Source: Orbicella franksi
Taxonomy: Eukaryota
Direction of reading: 5' to 3'
DNA: 64,000 bases
Assembly: GCA_964199315.1 (NCBI GenBank)
Contig: OZ116711.1
Location: forward strand, 19,840,001-19,904,000
Positions 51,601-64,000 of this stretch are shown piece after piece. The position numbers and the translations under genes were made by a program. Each line of letters opens with the position of its first letter. The first letter of the stretch is position 1. The notes below the pieces were generated by a model that worked only from the letters and a program-made list of their open reading frames with translations, did no database searches and was not told where the DNA came from.

Positions 51601-54600
51601 AATACGTAGAAATTAGTCATTTCACGTTGTTGTTTTGCAGAGGACGGCAAAGAAATGTACCAAGATTCAAAATGCACGTGCACAGCCATTGTTCTGCTAA
51701 TTGTTTGGTGACACTCTCGTCGCCGTCGCCGTCGTGGTTTGCTAAAACTCCCTATTATGTTGCACAAGGTGGTTCTATCTAATAAGCTTGTGGATGGAAC
51801 CCTAGTGTCTGACCAGTCAAATGAAAGCCATTGAGCAGTACATTTAGGTAGTGGTATTTAGTTAGTTAGCTTGCAAAGCTGTAAAACCACTTACTGCATT
51901 TTGTTGTCTTCCTCGTTATGGACCTTCTGCCACAATGACTCCATTGCTGGTGTGTTAAGCTTGCGGATCTTGAACACGAGGTCTGAGAAGTGCTGGGCCG
52001 AGTCAGGTTTGGTTGACTGTTTCGAGTCCTTACTCAGACGGGTTAATAAGTAGAAGGCATCGTTGATGGCTTTCTGGTTAGATTGGGGTTGAGCGTGTGC
52101 GTACTTCAACGACACAGGCCTTAATTCCTCTGAAAACAAACAAACACAGTTTACGATCAATTCCATCAATGCTATTAAAGGCATTTGCAGGATAAACAAT
52201 GTCAGAACCTAACAAGTTACTGAATGGGCAGAAACAAAGAAGGTATTGTCCAAAGTAAACCGAGCTACTACGAAATTAACTCTGAAAAAAACTAACGTCG
52301 TAGGTCGTTAGTTCGCACCTGTCAGGTGATTTCCTCAGACAAGTAAGTCACCTGATGTCCTAAGACTACATGAACATAACTGTTACGCCTTTATATTTTA
52401 CAAATCCGATATAGTCAGAGAAGTAAATTACAAAAAGCCATCTTTCTCAAGACACAGTGAGACTGCGATTTTAACTCTTTTTCAACTTGTATAACTAGTC
52501 TAGCTTTTCCTTCATTAAATAGGAGGACGTTTCTATCTCATAAAAAAGTTATATGATTACGAAATGAGAGACTAGTTAATAGCGCAAAACCATATAAAAG
52601 TGTGATGGAGGCCAAACACATACCTGCAACAACAGGTTCACTTTCAGATGGCGTGATAGACTGCAGTTCCAACTTTTGCCTGAGACAAAAAAAGGGAAAT
52701 TAGCGACGTGAAAAACAAGATGAACTTGTCGACTCACTGTATTCAAATTGATAGCTAGGTAATCGAGCTGTCCTATGATTCAAAGCAAGCATTGCTTCTT
52801 TGATTGAAAGAAGGCTTAACGAGCGAAAACACACGCCAAGCAATTAAAAATGTAGTTCCTACCTTGTCTTGGTGATTGCTCCAGACTTGTTTTTGTAGCC
52901 CGCGGAAAAAGGTCTGAAAATATGTTCTTCCTGACACAAGACCTGCTGGGTACGTTTCTTGGCCGTCAAAAGGAGCCTACATGTGCTGTGGGAACTCAGC
53001 AGGCTTAAAGGCTGTGAACAGAAACAGACCACAATGTTAAGCAACCACGACTTATCGTTTCCCGCCGTTGTTTGATATTTCAACCGCATTCTTCACATTA
53101 TTTTGTAGTTTAATTTTTCAAAATGATTTGTTAATGTACAATTGTGAGAAATGAATCAACTAAAAAATACATCACTAAAAACTCGTGTCGTTTCCCAGTT
53201 TGATATTCTTAACCACATATTTCACTCCTTAAAATGACTTGCAAAGTACAATTGTGGAAAGTAAATAAACTTTAAAATGTTTCACTTAAAACTCGCCGTT
53301 TCCATCCAGTGACCGCGTGACAATCAACAATGTATTATATGAAAACTATTTAACCCTTGCGTGACATCCAACGAGATATTGCATATTGCGTGACATCGCG
53401 ATATACACTACAACTCTTTAGATCGCCATGAATTGATCCGAAGACGTTGTAAGTCATAATAGCAAGAACTGTATGAAAGGTGAAATTACCTTTTTTATCC
53501 CCCGTAAAAACGCTGGCTGAACCTCTCCATTACCCCCCATGCCTTTACCATACAACCCTTCTCCCTCCCCCTCCCATTATGTTACTTCTGTCGGTTCCTA
53601 CCTTCTCTTCGTAAGAGTGAACATGGATGCCGATGTCTGACTGAGCGCGGTCTGTGCACTCGGTTAGATTCCTGGTCTTGTAGACAACCTTTGGGCGTCT
53701 GCTGAGGTGACGAGATTTAACTTCGTAATGCACCTTGCATTTGCCAACAACGTCGTCCTGCAAATCAAAACAGATAACGAGAGTCAAAAGATCACTTCTC
53801 CGTACGGTTCGGCTACATTTCACCCTTGCTAGTTATGAGAATTTAATGCCGGAAACATCAAGATCATTGTTTGTACACAAGTGAATATACGAAAGGTACA
53901 TGAACTTTCCATTCCTGTTGTATAACATAGCATAACCGTGTTCACATTTTTCGCCTTTGGGTCGTCACGCTATGTGAAAGAAAAGCGTTGCGTTACAACC
54001 CACAAAACCGTTGCTAAGAGACCATGTTAACATAGTCCCACGCAAGCGACAAAGCACGTGTTAATGATTTGATATTATTCCAAGGCAAAACAACCTCTCG
54101 ACCAATCAGAGCGCGCGTATTATGATGTAAGTTCTAAATAAAAAAAAGTTCTACCAAACAAATAATAATTCCGGACATTGGCACTAAATCTTCTTGTGAA
54201 TCTAGTGTTTTTTGTTTACTTTCAAAGCTATTTAAATAATGTTAAAAAGGGACAAGAGAGGGTGATCTCGGCGAAAGTGTATAGCGCTTTCGTGTGTGTA
54301 TATGTTTTTTGTTTACACAATTTCACCTTTCCTGTAGTTTCCAGGTTCTGTTTAAGACGTTTTTGAACATCACAAAAAAGGTTATAATAAAAGTGGAAAA
54401 GTGAAATAAAAAAGTTCTGTATGAAGATCTCACCTCCTCCAAGGTGGCATGCTCATCAACAAACTGCACTTGCAGCGCGCTAAGAATGCCCCTTTTGATG
54501 TTTAACACGTGAGATGGGTCCTCTGGATGGGCGAGGACGTCGGTGATAAGTCCACCGTTTGTTCTGAAAACAAGGTCTTGAGCTTGAAGCTCTTCAGCAA

Positions 54601-57600
54601 ATGCTGTGGTTCCCTGGGACAGTTGATATCCCAGGGGACCGGGGTTCTTGCTCTGGGCTTCCCAGAGCTCAACTTGGTCGATCTGCAAGACAAACGGGTA
54701 TGACAAGTTAATATTCACTCGTAGAATAAACCGGTTTTCTTCGCGGCCATATGTCGCATCAGCATAAGAACCGACGAAAGGTTGAACGTGTTAAAAAAAT
54801 ATAAAAGCTAACAGTAGGGAAAGTAGGGTCAAAGGAATCAACTACTCACTAAAATCTGCTTTTCTATGATTACTTAAGAATCTGGAAAAAAAATTCTACA
54901 TTGATGAATTGATGAACGTGTCATAGAACAAGGTCGGAATTTAGGGAACAACAACGATTTTAATAATCTTTGAAAATAAAACCCAGCTAGCTATGGTTCT
55001 TTCCATTCAGTTCAAATTTATACGAATTATTTAACGTGAATAATATTTTCTGACTGTTTGAGGCAACAAAAAGGTGTAAGCTTCAACAAATGAGTTGTGT
55101 GTGTTGTTTGTATGCGTTGAGGATGGGTATTGGTAAGAAAGCGCTCCTAATGAACAGTATCTCTTTCAATATTTAGTCTTCTTTCAAGTGATTTTCCTGG
55201 TTTCAGTATGTTTTTGGTGGGAAGAAATGGCTTCTGGAAAAACGTTTCTTAACAGAGCATGGTGATATTTCTAAACAAAATTGCTCAATGAGAAACAAAC
55301 GTCACAAAACAAGAATTGTTTGCTTGTTTTCGTCGGGGTTCGTACACATTTTTTTACGCAAAATTCAGGACATTTCCACCCCTTTACCAAGCGCAAAGAT
55401 GAAAGTTACATGAAATTCGACAAGCTGAGAATGATTTCTTGTTAGCAATCGAAGACCTTGGAATTTGGAGTAAACCTTAGAGTTTTTCCCGACTTGTTAA
55501 GACTTCATCTTTTCATGTTTGGAAAACTAGTTTCTAAATTGCCACACCTCCAGTCTAGATCTGTACGAAGGGGGGCTTGAGGGCTAAAATGGGAAATGGG
55601 AATGCCAATTCTCCACTGGACAATGGAATTAGGGTTACTGGGACAGGGAAGTGGGATTTTGGGCAGAATTTAAGCTAGGAAAAATGAGATTTAAATTCTC
55701 CAACCCCTGTTTCACAGAAACCTTAAAGAACCCAGCAATTGTTTCTATTTTGGGAACTCGACCAACTGTTAATACACTCTTCTTTCCAGCTGTGTTTAAG
55801 TTGTTTCCTTACTAGCCAAATGCCTTCGAGGTGGTCTAATGTGTAATAAATATTACGAATGGCATTGATTGTATTTTGACTTTTTCGCCACGTTTTCCGC
55901 GGGTTTCGTGCTGCGGTAAAACACGGCAAGCATTTTTCTTTGGCTTTGTGATTTTCCGAGGTCAAAATACAGACGTGCAGCAAACCGCTTTCCGTGGATT
56001 CAGTTGCATGCAGGGATTTTCCTCTCGTCGGATAAAACCACGAAAGGGGTCTTGACCTTAACTTGAATGAAATTGAGATGTCTTACTTACACTAAGGTTT
56101 TCATTACGAAAAGCTTTTTTAAGAAACATGCACCGGAAATAATTTGCACCAAGCAAAGCTGTCCTGCTGGGTTAGTCCGCTGAACTAAGTCGCCTTCGAT
56201 GTTTTATGTAAAAAAACATTATGTTGAAACTACAGGTTGCAGGGGCAGAAACTTTCGTTTCGTTTCGTTGCGTAGCGAACCGAAGTTTGCACTGATTAAA
56301 AGTTTAATTTAAACGTAAAAACAGATGACCGAAACAGTCTTTAAGCTCACATCTTTCCTTCTCGATCTCGTAAAGCGCATTAAAACATCGCTGTTTATAG
56401 CTGTTGCGTTTAAGGAGACCCCTCCCACAAGAACACCCATCTTTACTTATATAAACATCGAAGGTAATCTGTCTTTTGAGTATTGAAGCAAAACACGACA
56501 ATTGCCTTGACTAGCTATAACTTAGAGAAGAACAAAATTCGAATCAAGTTTGTGCATTACTGACTATCTGTCCTAAGCGATCTTCATATTTATTTTAAGA
56601 GAACCGTGAAAGAATTTGAAACATTTGAAGCTTAAAATGATTTGTATCGGTCTTTCATTCAGTAGCAAGTTGCGCCAAGTTTGGTTACGTAACCTTTGGA
56701 CTATCCTTTAGGGCTTTAAAATGATTTGAATCGGTTTTTCATTCAGTGGCAATTACTCCAAGTTTAGTTATGTAACCTTTGGACAAACCTGATACGCTGG
56801 AATGTTTGTCTCAGGGGAGATAATTGCTTTCAGTTGTGTTTATGGGGAACGGAGAGGGGAAGATTTGGGGGCCGGAATAAATAGTAAAAGGGCAAGAAAT
56901 TGGACAAAACAAGGGGTTAACACAGTGTGTGCCTAAAGCAATTGAGCTTCGTTCTGTAGTTGCCATCACTATTCGTGTCTGAGGTGCTAAATACTGTAAA
57001 CTTCTTTGAATTTATGAGGGAGGGACGGGGGAGGGTCATGGGAGGGTAAGGGCGTCGAATAAGATATCCCAGGGGCAGGAAGTGAAGAGAAAAGGAGGCA
57101 AAGCAAGGGTTTAGTCCATTGTGTCAACGCCGCATTAAAGCTTCGTTTTGTACTTTCAGTCAAGAAGAACGTTTAGATTGTTTTGTACCAATTTGTCAGA
57201 ATAAACAATTCATACGAAATTATTAATAAAACGCAAGTATTTCAGACTACGCAATCAGCCGCATTACCCGAGCTGTTGTATATCCCACGGGTTGTCCTTT
57301 ATTCTGGCCTAGAAATATTGCTTTAGCATCTAGAGCAAAGGCACTAGCTTGGCTATAGAAAACGAAACGAAATCTATCGAACGAAAGTGAACTAAGGTTT
57401 TGATATTTTGTTAGCTATACGTGTTGGTAAATTCAAACGGCAGGAAATAACAATAAGCTCTATTCACGGGATAAGGGGACATTGTACCCCATAACTAGAT
57501 TAGTCCACCTCTACACACGAAACCAAAACAATATGCAATATTTACAAAACCCACGCGAAAAACCCAAATATTTGAAGTGGTCAATCGAGTATGGTGGTCG

Positions 57601-59793
57601 TAGCTTGTCACAGAATGTTTTATACGAGGAAGTATTTTAAATAAACATAACAACTTGAAAGCCGCGACATGTCATTCAATATCAAAGTTCTCCAGGAGTC
57701 CATAAGAAGTTTGTCTTACCTTCAAGACGTGCTGACATGGTCCAACAGCCTTGACGACACAACGTGCGCGGATTCTTAACCCTGAACGGGCTGACGAAGC
57801 TCCGGCTACACTGCTCACGGTTTCTCCTTCATAGTTGTAAGTAAAATCTTTCGAATGGTGAAATCTATTGAACTCTGCGAACAAAAGATAAAGGGAAAAC
57901 GTTAACCGTGTAACACCCGACACGTGCCAGTGTGACTGTTTGTGCTCTCGCGCGCGTGCTCCCCGCGCTTTTTAATCCAATCAACGAACTGCTTTGCGTC
58001 GTACGCGCGAGGATGTGTTTGTCAGCAAGTCCCTCGGAAATTTGACGTCATTTCCAAAATTTGCTCTCGCTTGCGCGATGTGAACTGTGAAGAGGATCCC
58101 GTGATTGAAACTTGTGCAATACGGAAACGCAACACAGCGAAAAACATCACTGGGGTGGTTATTTCAAAGCCAGGAGTAATAACACATAAATAAGACCTTT
58201 TTACAGTTGAGAAAAGTATAGTCAAAGACTGACCCGTGGCAATCCGCCAGTTCTAAATGGGATATTACTTATATCATGGGGGGTCGCAATCTCCGGTCAA
58301 AAAAAAAATCTACAGTGATAATGCCACACAAATCCTCCCAAGGAAAGATAAATACTGACTTGTTTATAAAGTAAACATTAATACGATATAATGCAAGATA
58401 AAATTGCTTCATGGGCAACTTGCACTGTTGTTCGAGGTTACATTTTTTATATATGTCCTTCAAGTGCCTTACATCAATAATATCATGACCGCACGAACAG
58501 AAAATAAGTTTGATACTTACTTGTGTCACAATTTGGCGGCCGATGTCTCTCTTTTGACACGGGCGCTGCAGATAAAATTAAAAAGGTTAGTACAACACCC
58601 TCAAATTTACAGATCTCAAAGCAACCAGCAAAGCAATGTTGATCTCTGACATAACTGAAAACAGATTGGACGATGAACAATGCAGCAGTACAAAAACAAG
58701 ATCAACCAAAAATAAACTTATTATCAGGAATTTTTCTTTCCAATTCCGCACCACAAGCTACTATGGCTTAACGTCAATCAGTTCTCGTGAACCCCGCGTG
58801 CGGTTACAATAACCTTCAAGAAAATTCCTCAAGGTAGCGATGTCTGGCGTCGTAAAACGCCGAAGGAAAAATCTACTCGAGGTTTTTCGAGCTCCACTCT
58901 GAGGTAAAAATACGGAACTCCCCTGAATACAGACTGTTCTATTTTCGAAGCCAGTCCAACCAATCGAACACAGAATTGCTCTCCAGGGATTTAGATGCCT
59001 TCGTGAAAGCTGTCCTGGCACATTGCTTCAACTGAACTAGTCTCAGCGTCATTATAGTTTTTGACAATTTGACAGCATTGAAACGTTTGCAAGAGTTATA
59101 GTTGTCTGGTCTGGGAGACAACAGGAACTAGGGAGCAAACGGCGATTTTATCTTCGCGAAAGGTAAAATTTTCAAATCGAAGGCAATCGCGCCGGAAGAT
59201 GCTGAAACCGGGCACTACGAAAAAAAATTCTGAAACGGAGTGGAGTTTTTTAAGAGAAATACTGATATGACTGCGATGAAAAGCGCTTTTGGGGGAAAAG
59301 AAATCAATAATACGTACCCGCTAATGTCCCAGTGGCCAACAACACGAATATTAAGGATCTCATTTCGCGTTGAAGATCCGAGGTGCGACTGGAGGTCTTG
59401 CAATTAGAAAATTTCTTTTGTAGTCTGCCACTCCTTTCGTCCCGGGGAGAACAAAAGGTCAACTGACCATATCAATTAACTCCAACTGATTTGAGTGACA
59501 GCCGGAAAAGAGCCGACCAATCGGAGTCTAGGTTAGAAACAAACATGTAGAAATTGTCCAATCTAAGACACGATACTATAAATGTAAGGCAAAGTTCGAT
59601 AGTGCTTACAACAGATGAGCCAATAACAAAGCAGTTTGCACTGATGCCGACAACGTTAGATAACGATTAAATGACATTACTATGTCAACAACAGGAGTCC
59701 AAAATCCGCGCTGAAGACACGATATCTTACTTCCATTATTATTACCTACAAAACTTGCCAAAAGAAAAGCGAAGGAGAAACCTCCCACAGCTG
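27643..59793 (-). CDS. Giant apolipophorin/apoB-like large lipid transfer protein (LLT/Vitellogenin_N module + repeat-expanded lipid belt + VWD/C8 + vWA-like tail), about 6,870 aa
   Basis: Exons: 59793-59746 (tentative signal-peptide exon), 58565-58521, 57874-57720, 54682-54434, 53757-53602, 53011-52863, 52679-52624, 52129-51895, 51100-50836, 50333-49772, 49323-48977, 48632-48286, 47666-47484, 47233-47167, 46810-30694, 30434-30024, 29369-28983, 28647-28276, 28100-27643 (TGA). Phases chain correctly. LLTP motifs: FTYNYEG, NIKRGILSALQ, DVVGKCKVHY, ITLKAIGNAG, EIRIAAYLALMKCP, NQVGSFVWSH, LIYHPNSFFPRSAMVNLT. VWD motifs: HVYTFDG, GLLGTNNNE, FVNSWEV, VDPEPFVKAC. The start codon is unresolved. Confidence 0.88.
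29479..29770. repeat. 125-bp tandem duplication (2 copies plus a partial third)
   Basis: GGTTT..GGACCAATTGAGAATAAGCCATAAC...GTTGGGAGAATTGATGA starts at 29481 and 29606. A related motif lies near 50615-50730. Confidence 0.8.
30694..46810 (-). CDS. Single 16,117-bp internal exon of the LLTP gene
   Basis: Open for 5,372 codons. Acceptor TTCTTGCAG|CCA is phase 0 and matches the upstream exon. Donor AACA|GTAAGT is phase 1 and matches the VWD exon. Confidence 0.9.
51150..51870. repeat. About 100-bp satellite-like tandem repeat
   Basis: CAAGGTGGTTCTA...GACCATTCAAATGAAAGCTACTGAGCAGTACTTT..GGTACTGTTTATTATGCTG units, interrupted by a MITE. Confidence 0.75.
51393..51755. mobile_element. MITE nested in the satellite
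   Basis: TIR ATAGGGAGTTTTAGC / GCTAAAACTCCCTAT. Subterminal GACGGCG / CGCCGTC repeats. Confidence 0.75.
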
Positions 59794-60143
59794 CTGCAGA
59801 GAGAATATTATGACTACAAATATCTAAAACCACCAACAAGTGTGCATGTTAGGAGCATGTTGTCTGGTTTTCTTAGCATGGCGTCTTCAGGCAACGCCAG
59901 ATTTCAAAAACAAGTTTCGTAGTCATGTTTCATTGACTGAAAACCGAGTTTTTTAATAACGGTACAAAGATCACTGATTCGGACGAGATTAGGGCGGGCT
60001 GTCTCGCGGTGGAGTAGAAAGGAAAATATTCCCGCGAGGTCAACTGGTCAAACGGTCACCAGCTGATATTTTTAGCTCGTGAACGTGTGTGACAGAAACC
60101 TGAGCGCACTGTGCAAGTACAAAACATTTCAAGTGATCAAAAA

Positions 60144-60151
60144 TATTTATA
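60144..60151 (-). promoter_or_regulatory. Candidate TATA box of the LLTP gene
   Basis: TATAAATA on the minus strand, with an Inr-like CACAGT about 35 nt downstream. It lies about 350 nt upstream of the putative signal-peptide exon. Confidence 0.3.
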
Positions 60152-61633
60152 AGAGCTGACAAATACCCAGGGTTGATAAAATCTGCTCTTTAGCGAAGGA
60201 ATCTTGGTCAAAAAAATTAACATTTGTGCTTCCTGGAAAATCCTGCACAATTGATGATGATGATGATGACGAGGGGGATGGTTACGTAACCAAACTGTGC
60301 TGCCCACGTGGAAGGTAGACAGCGTCTTGTTAGTTTATTCCAGAAGTGCATCAAACGCAAACAATGCAGAATAACGGGTTCCTCCTGTGGCGCTAACAGC
60401 TTGTACATTGTGTATTTGAGCAGGGTGGGGGGGGGGGGGGAAGGTGACGCTCTCTAACTTTTCTTCAGGATCACAAGCAACGCAATTTTCATCCTGTTTG
60501 TGTAAGTAGCGTTAAAAGTCAACCTCATGTTGAAGAAAGATAGGAAATAACATTATTTTTATTGCTGCTTTTTGGCATTGAAACTCCATTTGTATACAAG
60601 AAAAGCGTAATTCACTAAAGATACTGAAATTGTACATCCCTCCATTCCCCCGCCGGTTAATCTCATTGGCTGAATGTTTTCTTCCCTTTTCCATTCCATC
60701 GATGTTGAAAGCAAGCATTCGTCGAATGCGAAACTGTCGTTATTTTAAGCCTCTTGCGTGCATTCTCTGGGAACGCAAACGAGAAAAAATACGCGTTCCT
60801 CACGAAAGAAACAAAAGTGACGACATAGCTTTTTCAGTGATGAAAAACAAATTTCGCCGCGGTGGTCGAGCGCGCGGACACGAGATCGTCCTATTACTTG
60901 CGTCATATATTTTCATTCAGGATTTACCCGGAAATTCGTCTGATTATAGGCTTATGACTTCCTTTCTGCTCCTGCTTTGTTTTCTCATACAACTTTGATC
61001 TGTTTTTCCTGCGCCTTGAAAGCCCGTCTCACGGTAATAGCTGGATCAGATCGTTGACCTTATCCCTCACGGCTACGGAAATCCAAACATAAAAGAAGCA
61101 TAAAACACGCCCCGAATTCTAGTCTTATTCCAACATGGTTTTAGACGCCTCGTACGTGTTTCTTCCACTGGGTACATCGCATGAAAATTGCCTAATAAGA
61201 GTCGAGAAAGGGGCATAACTTTGGTAAATTGGATAATCCGGTTATAAAATTGTGAAAATGCGTATTTCCGGGATCCCGAGTAAATACTTATTCGTATATC
61301 CTTTCATGAGACTCCATTTTTGTAATTCAAGAAGTTGTAGTGAATGAAAATCAGAAATGATAACAACCATTCGACTGAGAACGTGAGAGTGTCGATTTTG
61401 AAAAGTCAACCGCAGGAATTTCAAACAAGCTTTTTCAAATTGCTGATATCAGCAAAAAAACAAACAGGTTCTAAAACAACTTGCTCCAAATTCTCAACAG
61501 TGCGTCAAAACATCACTGATAATTTTGGTGTGTAGCCTTGGGCATAAATAACCTATGCACTCCTCGAAAAAAAAACCCAAGATCACATGAAGGCAGAGAT
61601 GAAAATCTTTAACAACCTAAGCGGATAGCTCGG

Positions 61634-61669
<36 letters not shown>

Positions 61670-63932
61670 ATAAAGTTAAAATCTTAAAGTTAACATCAGG
61701 TTTCAACAGAAAACAGTTCTCAATATCGTGAAGTATATTCTTATCCTCAAATTTTTAAGGTGAATCTGTCCAGTCACTTCTGAACAGCAAACGTGTAAGG
61801 GTTCGAAAATTTTCAGTGAACAATCTCCCACGCTGCCATATAACAGTTGGTGGTGGAACTTGATTTCCGACCAAGAATTAGTCTGTCCAAACTTCACTCC
61901 AGACCGGCAGGTAGTCAGGATTTTTTCTGAGACCCATGAGGTCCTGTGAGTCAGCAGATATTTGAGGTGCTTCTCCGTCAACACGCGGCCGATTGCTGGA
62001 TTCGCTTCCTTGATTGATTTCCCTTTAGGAAGTTGCGCAAAAAGAATTGGTCAAAGTTCTCTGGCTGCGCTACCCGGGCTGCGCAAATCCAAAAACTAGT
62101 GATACTCGGAACTTTAAGGGTGTTATCCAGATAGAGTGAAAATTTCATTCCATGAACTAATCGTGGTGTAACAATTCACCTTAAAACTAAGACCATTTTG
62201 GCTAACTTTTGTTCAGTGTCCTGGCAGTTTTAAGCTCATTGCAAAGAATCGTAGCTCGTATTTCAATTAAGGATGTGGTTAATCCATTATTCTGAAGTCA
62301 CCCTGTATCAGGGTCGGAGAGATTGAGAGTGTCGAAAACTGAATATGAGGAAGAACCAACTTAAACTTCAAAACACGTTTTAAAATGATAGTCTTAGAAA
62401 AACACAGAGGAAGTACTAATGAACCGAAAATAAACAAGGATGAATACAAGTAAGGTAGATTAGAAAGGATTACGAACGGAAAACTTGAAAATTTCGCCGT
62501 CGGTGACGTTGCACGTTTTACATAAAAATACTTAAATTTCATTCAAAGTTTCCGGTTTTATAAACTTGACACACTGAATTGGCTCAGTCACGGACAATTT
62601 TACTCGAATTTAGAAATACTAATTGAAGTACTGCCAAGAAAGAAACCGCTAGATAAGTTCTGTCTGTGACTCACTTTTGCCTTTTATCTTGTGCACGTTG
62701 GGTTACAGCTAATAAAGCTTTCACTGTCTTCTACTAATAAAATAAACACAAGCAAAAAGACCAGCCGATTGTTGAGCGGTAGTAACAAACGCTACGATCC
62801 CCATTTAATCGCTACACCTGCTGAGATCAGCCATAAAATCAACGAACTGAGTTCAAGCAAAGTCCTAATCCTTGGCATGTCTCTGGTTTTAAACTATTTA
62901 AGTAGGGATTATTGCCACGAGAAGATTCACAGCCATGATATAGCAACTGTAACTAAATTTGTCAGTCGTGACTAGCGATTTTTCAAGTTATCAAGTGGGT
63001 CAGTGCGAAGTATTGAAGACCAAACAGTTTACAGTCTTTACAGTTTTGCGACCAGGGTCAAATCCTGGAAGGATGAAAAGTAAACATTAAATTGAGCCCT
63101 GCAGCTAGCGGCTTTGGCTGGTGGGTGGTAGTGCACGGTTGAAACATGTGATAAAGCTTTGTTTGGTCTCCATTTCTAAAGCTATAATCTTTGTTATAAA
63201 ACGTACAATGAGTTCTTCTGTCTAGACAGGAGCGTTCAGATTTTTTTTTCTTTCTTTTCCGTTTCTTTCTATGGCAAAAGGTCGGATTGAATGATGTTTT
63301 AGTGTGTTTTAACGCCACAGTTTTCCATCTTCCATCATATCTTTTAGGTTTCTTGTAATTCAGACGACTGAATGTCGCCGGAAAGGATTTGAAATGGAAG
63401 GCTTCTTAATAACTTCAACATTGTAGGGAACTTGCAGGAGCCTGTATCCACTATCAAAAATCAACCATCTAGACTTCTCAGGGGAACACCTCATGTGATA
63501 TAACGAAAATCTTTCCCTACATTACAAGTGTCCTGATCGACTACCCCTTACAGGAAATTTGCAGTTATTAATAAGGGGAATTAAAATTTCAATACCATTA
63601 GGGAAGCTTGAAGTTCCGCAACGTCAACTCGCCACTGAATTTAACATGATACACACACTGTTTTATATAAGAATATTGTTTTTCCGGCCGAGGCTGAATA
63701 TTCTTATTTTTCTGCCGATTTTAGGCTGAAAATATTCTTGTAAATATTCTTAGATTACAGCATATGACATTTCTGTTTTCGAATGTATTTAAACCTGATA
63801 TCACACACACAACGTCTTGCAGAAATGTTACACGGGCTAGTGCTGTTTTAATTCCTTTTTGGCTAATTCTGCCGTTTAGAGAAAGGAAGAATTTTACAAG
63901 TAATCGTATTGTATTTACAAATTTTCAACAAG

Positions 63933-63970
<38 letters not shown>

Positions 63971-64000
63971 CTTCTTGGAAACTTCTTAAAATCTCGCAAA

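Noticed and set aside
55900-59500. Possible decayed transposon in the LLTP introns (short ORFs at 58761-59121, CGAAA-type repeats)
   Set aside because: No transposase or RT motif, and no TIR/TSD pair could be established.
61635-61668. Long poly-T as a retroposon tail
   Set aside because: No TSD or recognisable element body next to it.

Overview
AT-rich, intron-dense animal genomic DNA. The repeat families and gene structures look cnidarian, probably a stony coral (inference). Three protein-coding genes lie on the minus strand. (1) Importin-13: 23 coding exons traced by hand from 19365 to 1821, all phase-compatible, with the 3' end beyond the left edge. (2) A CTDSPL2/SCP4 phosphatase with an intronless CDS (22496-23749). 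(3) A giant apolipophorin/apoB-type large lipid transfer protein (LLTP): about 19 exons over 27643-59793, roughly 6,870 aa. One 16,117-bp exon of the LLTP encodes about 42 amphipathic 26-aa beta repeats, several 11-mer/22-mer amphipathic helix arrays and Cys-bearing repeats. Most of these repeats carry N-glycosylation sequons in phase with the repeat. This glycan-dense, repeat-expanded lipoprotein scaffold is the standout observation. Introns also hold many MITEs, SINEs, LINE fragments, satellites and two hammerhead-ribozyme-like relics. All coordinates were read by eye and no database search was run.
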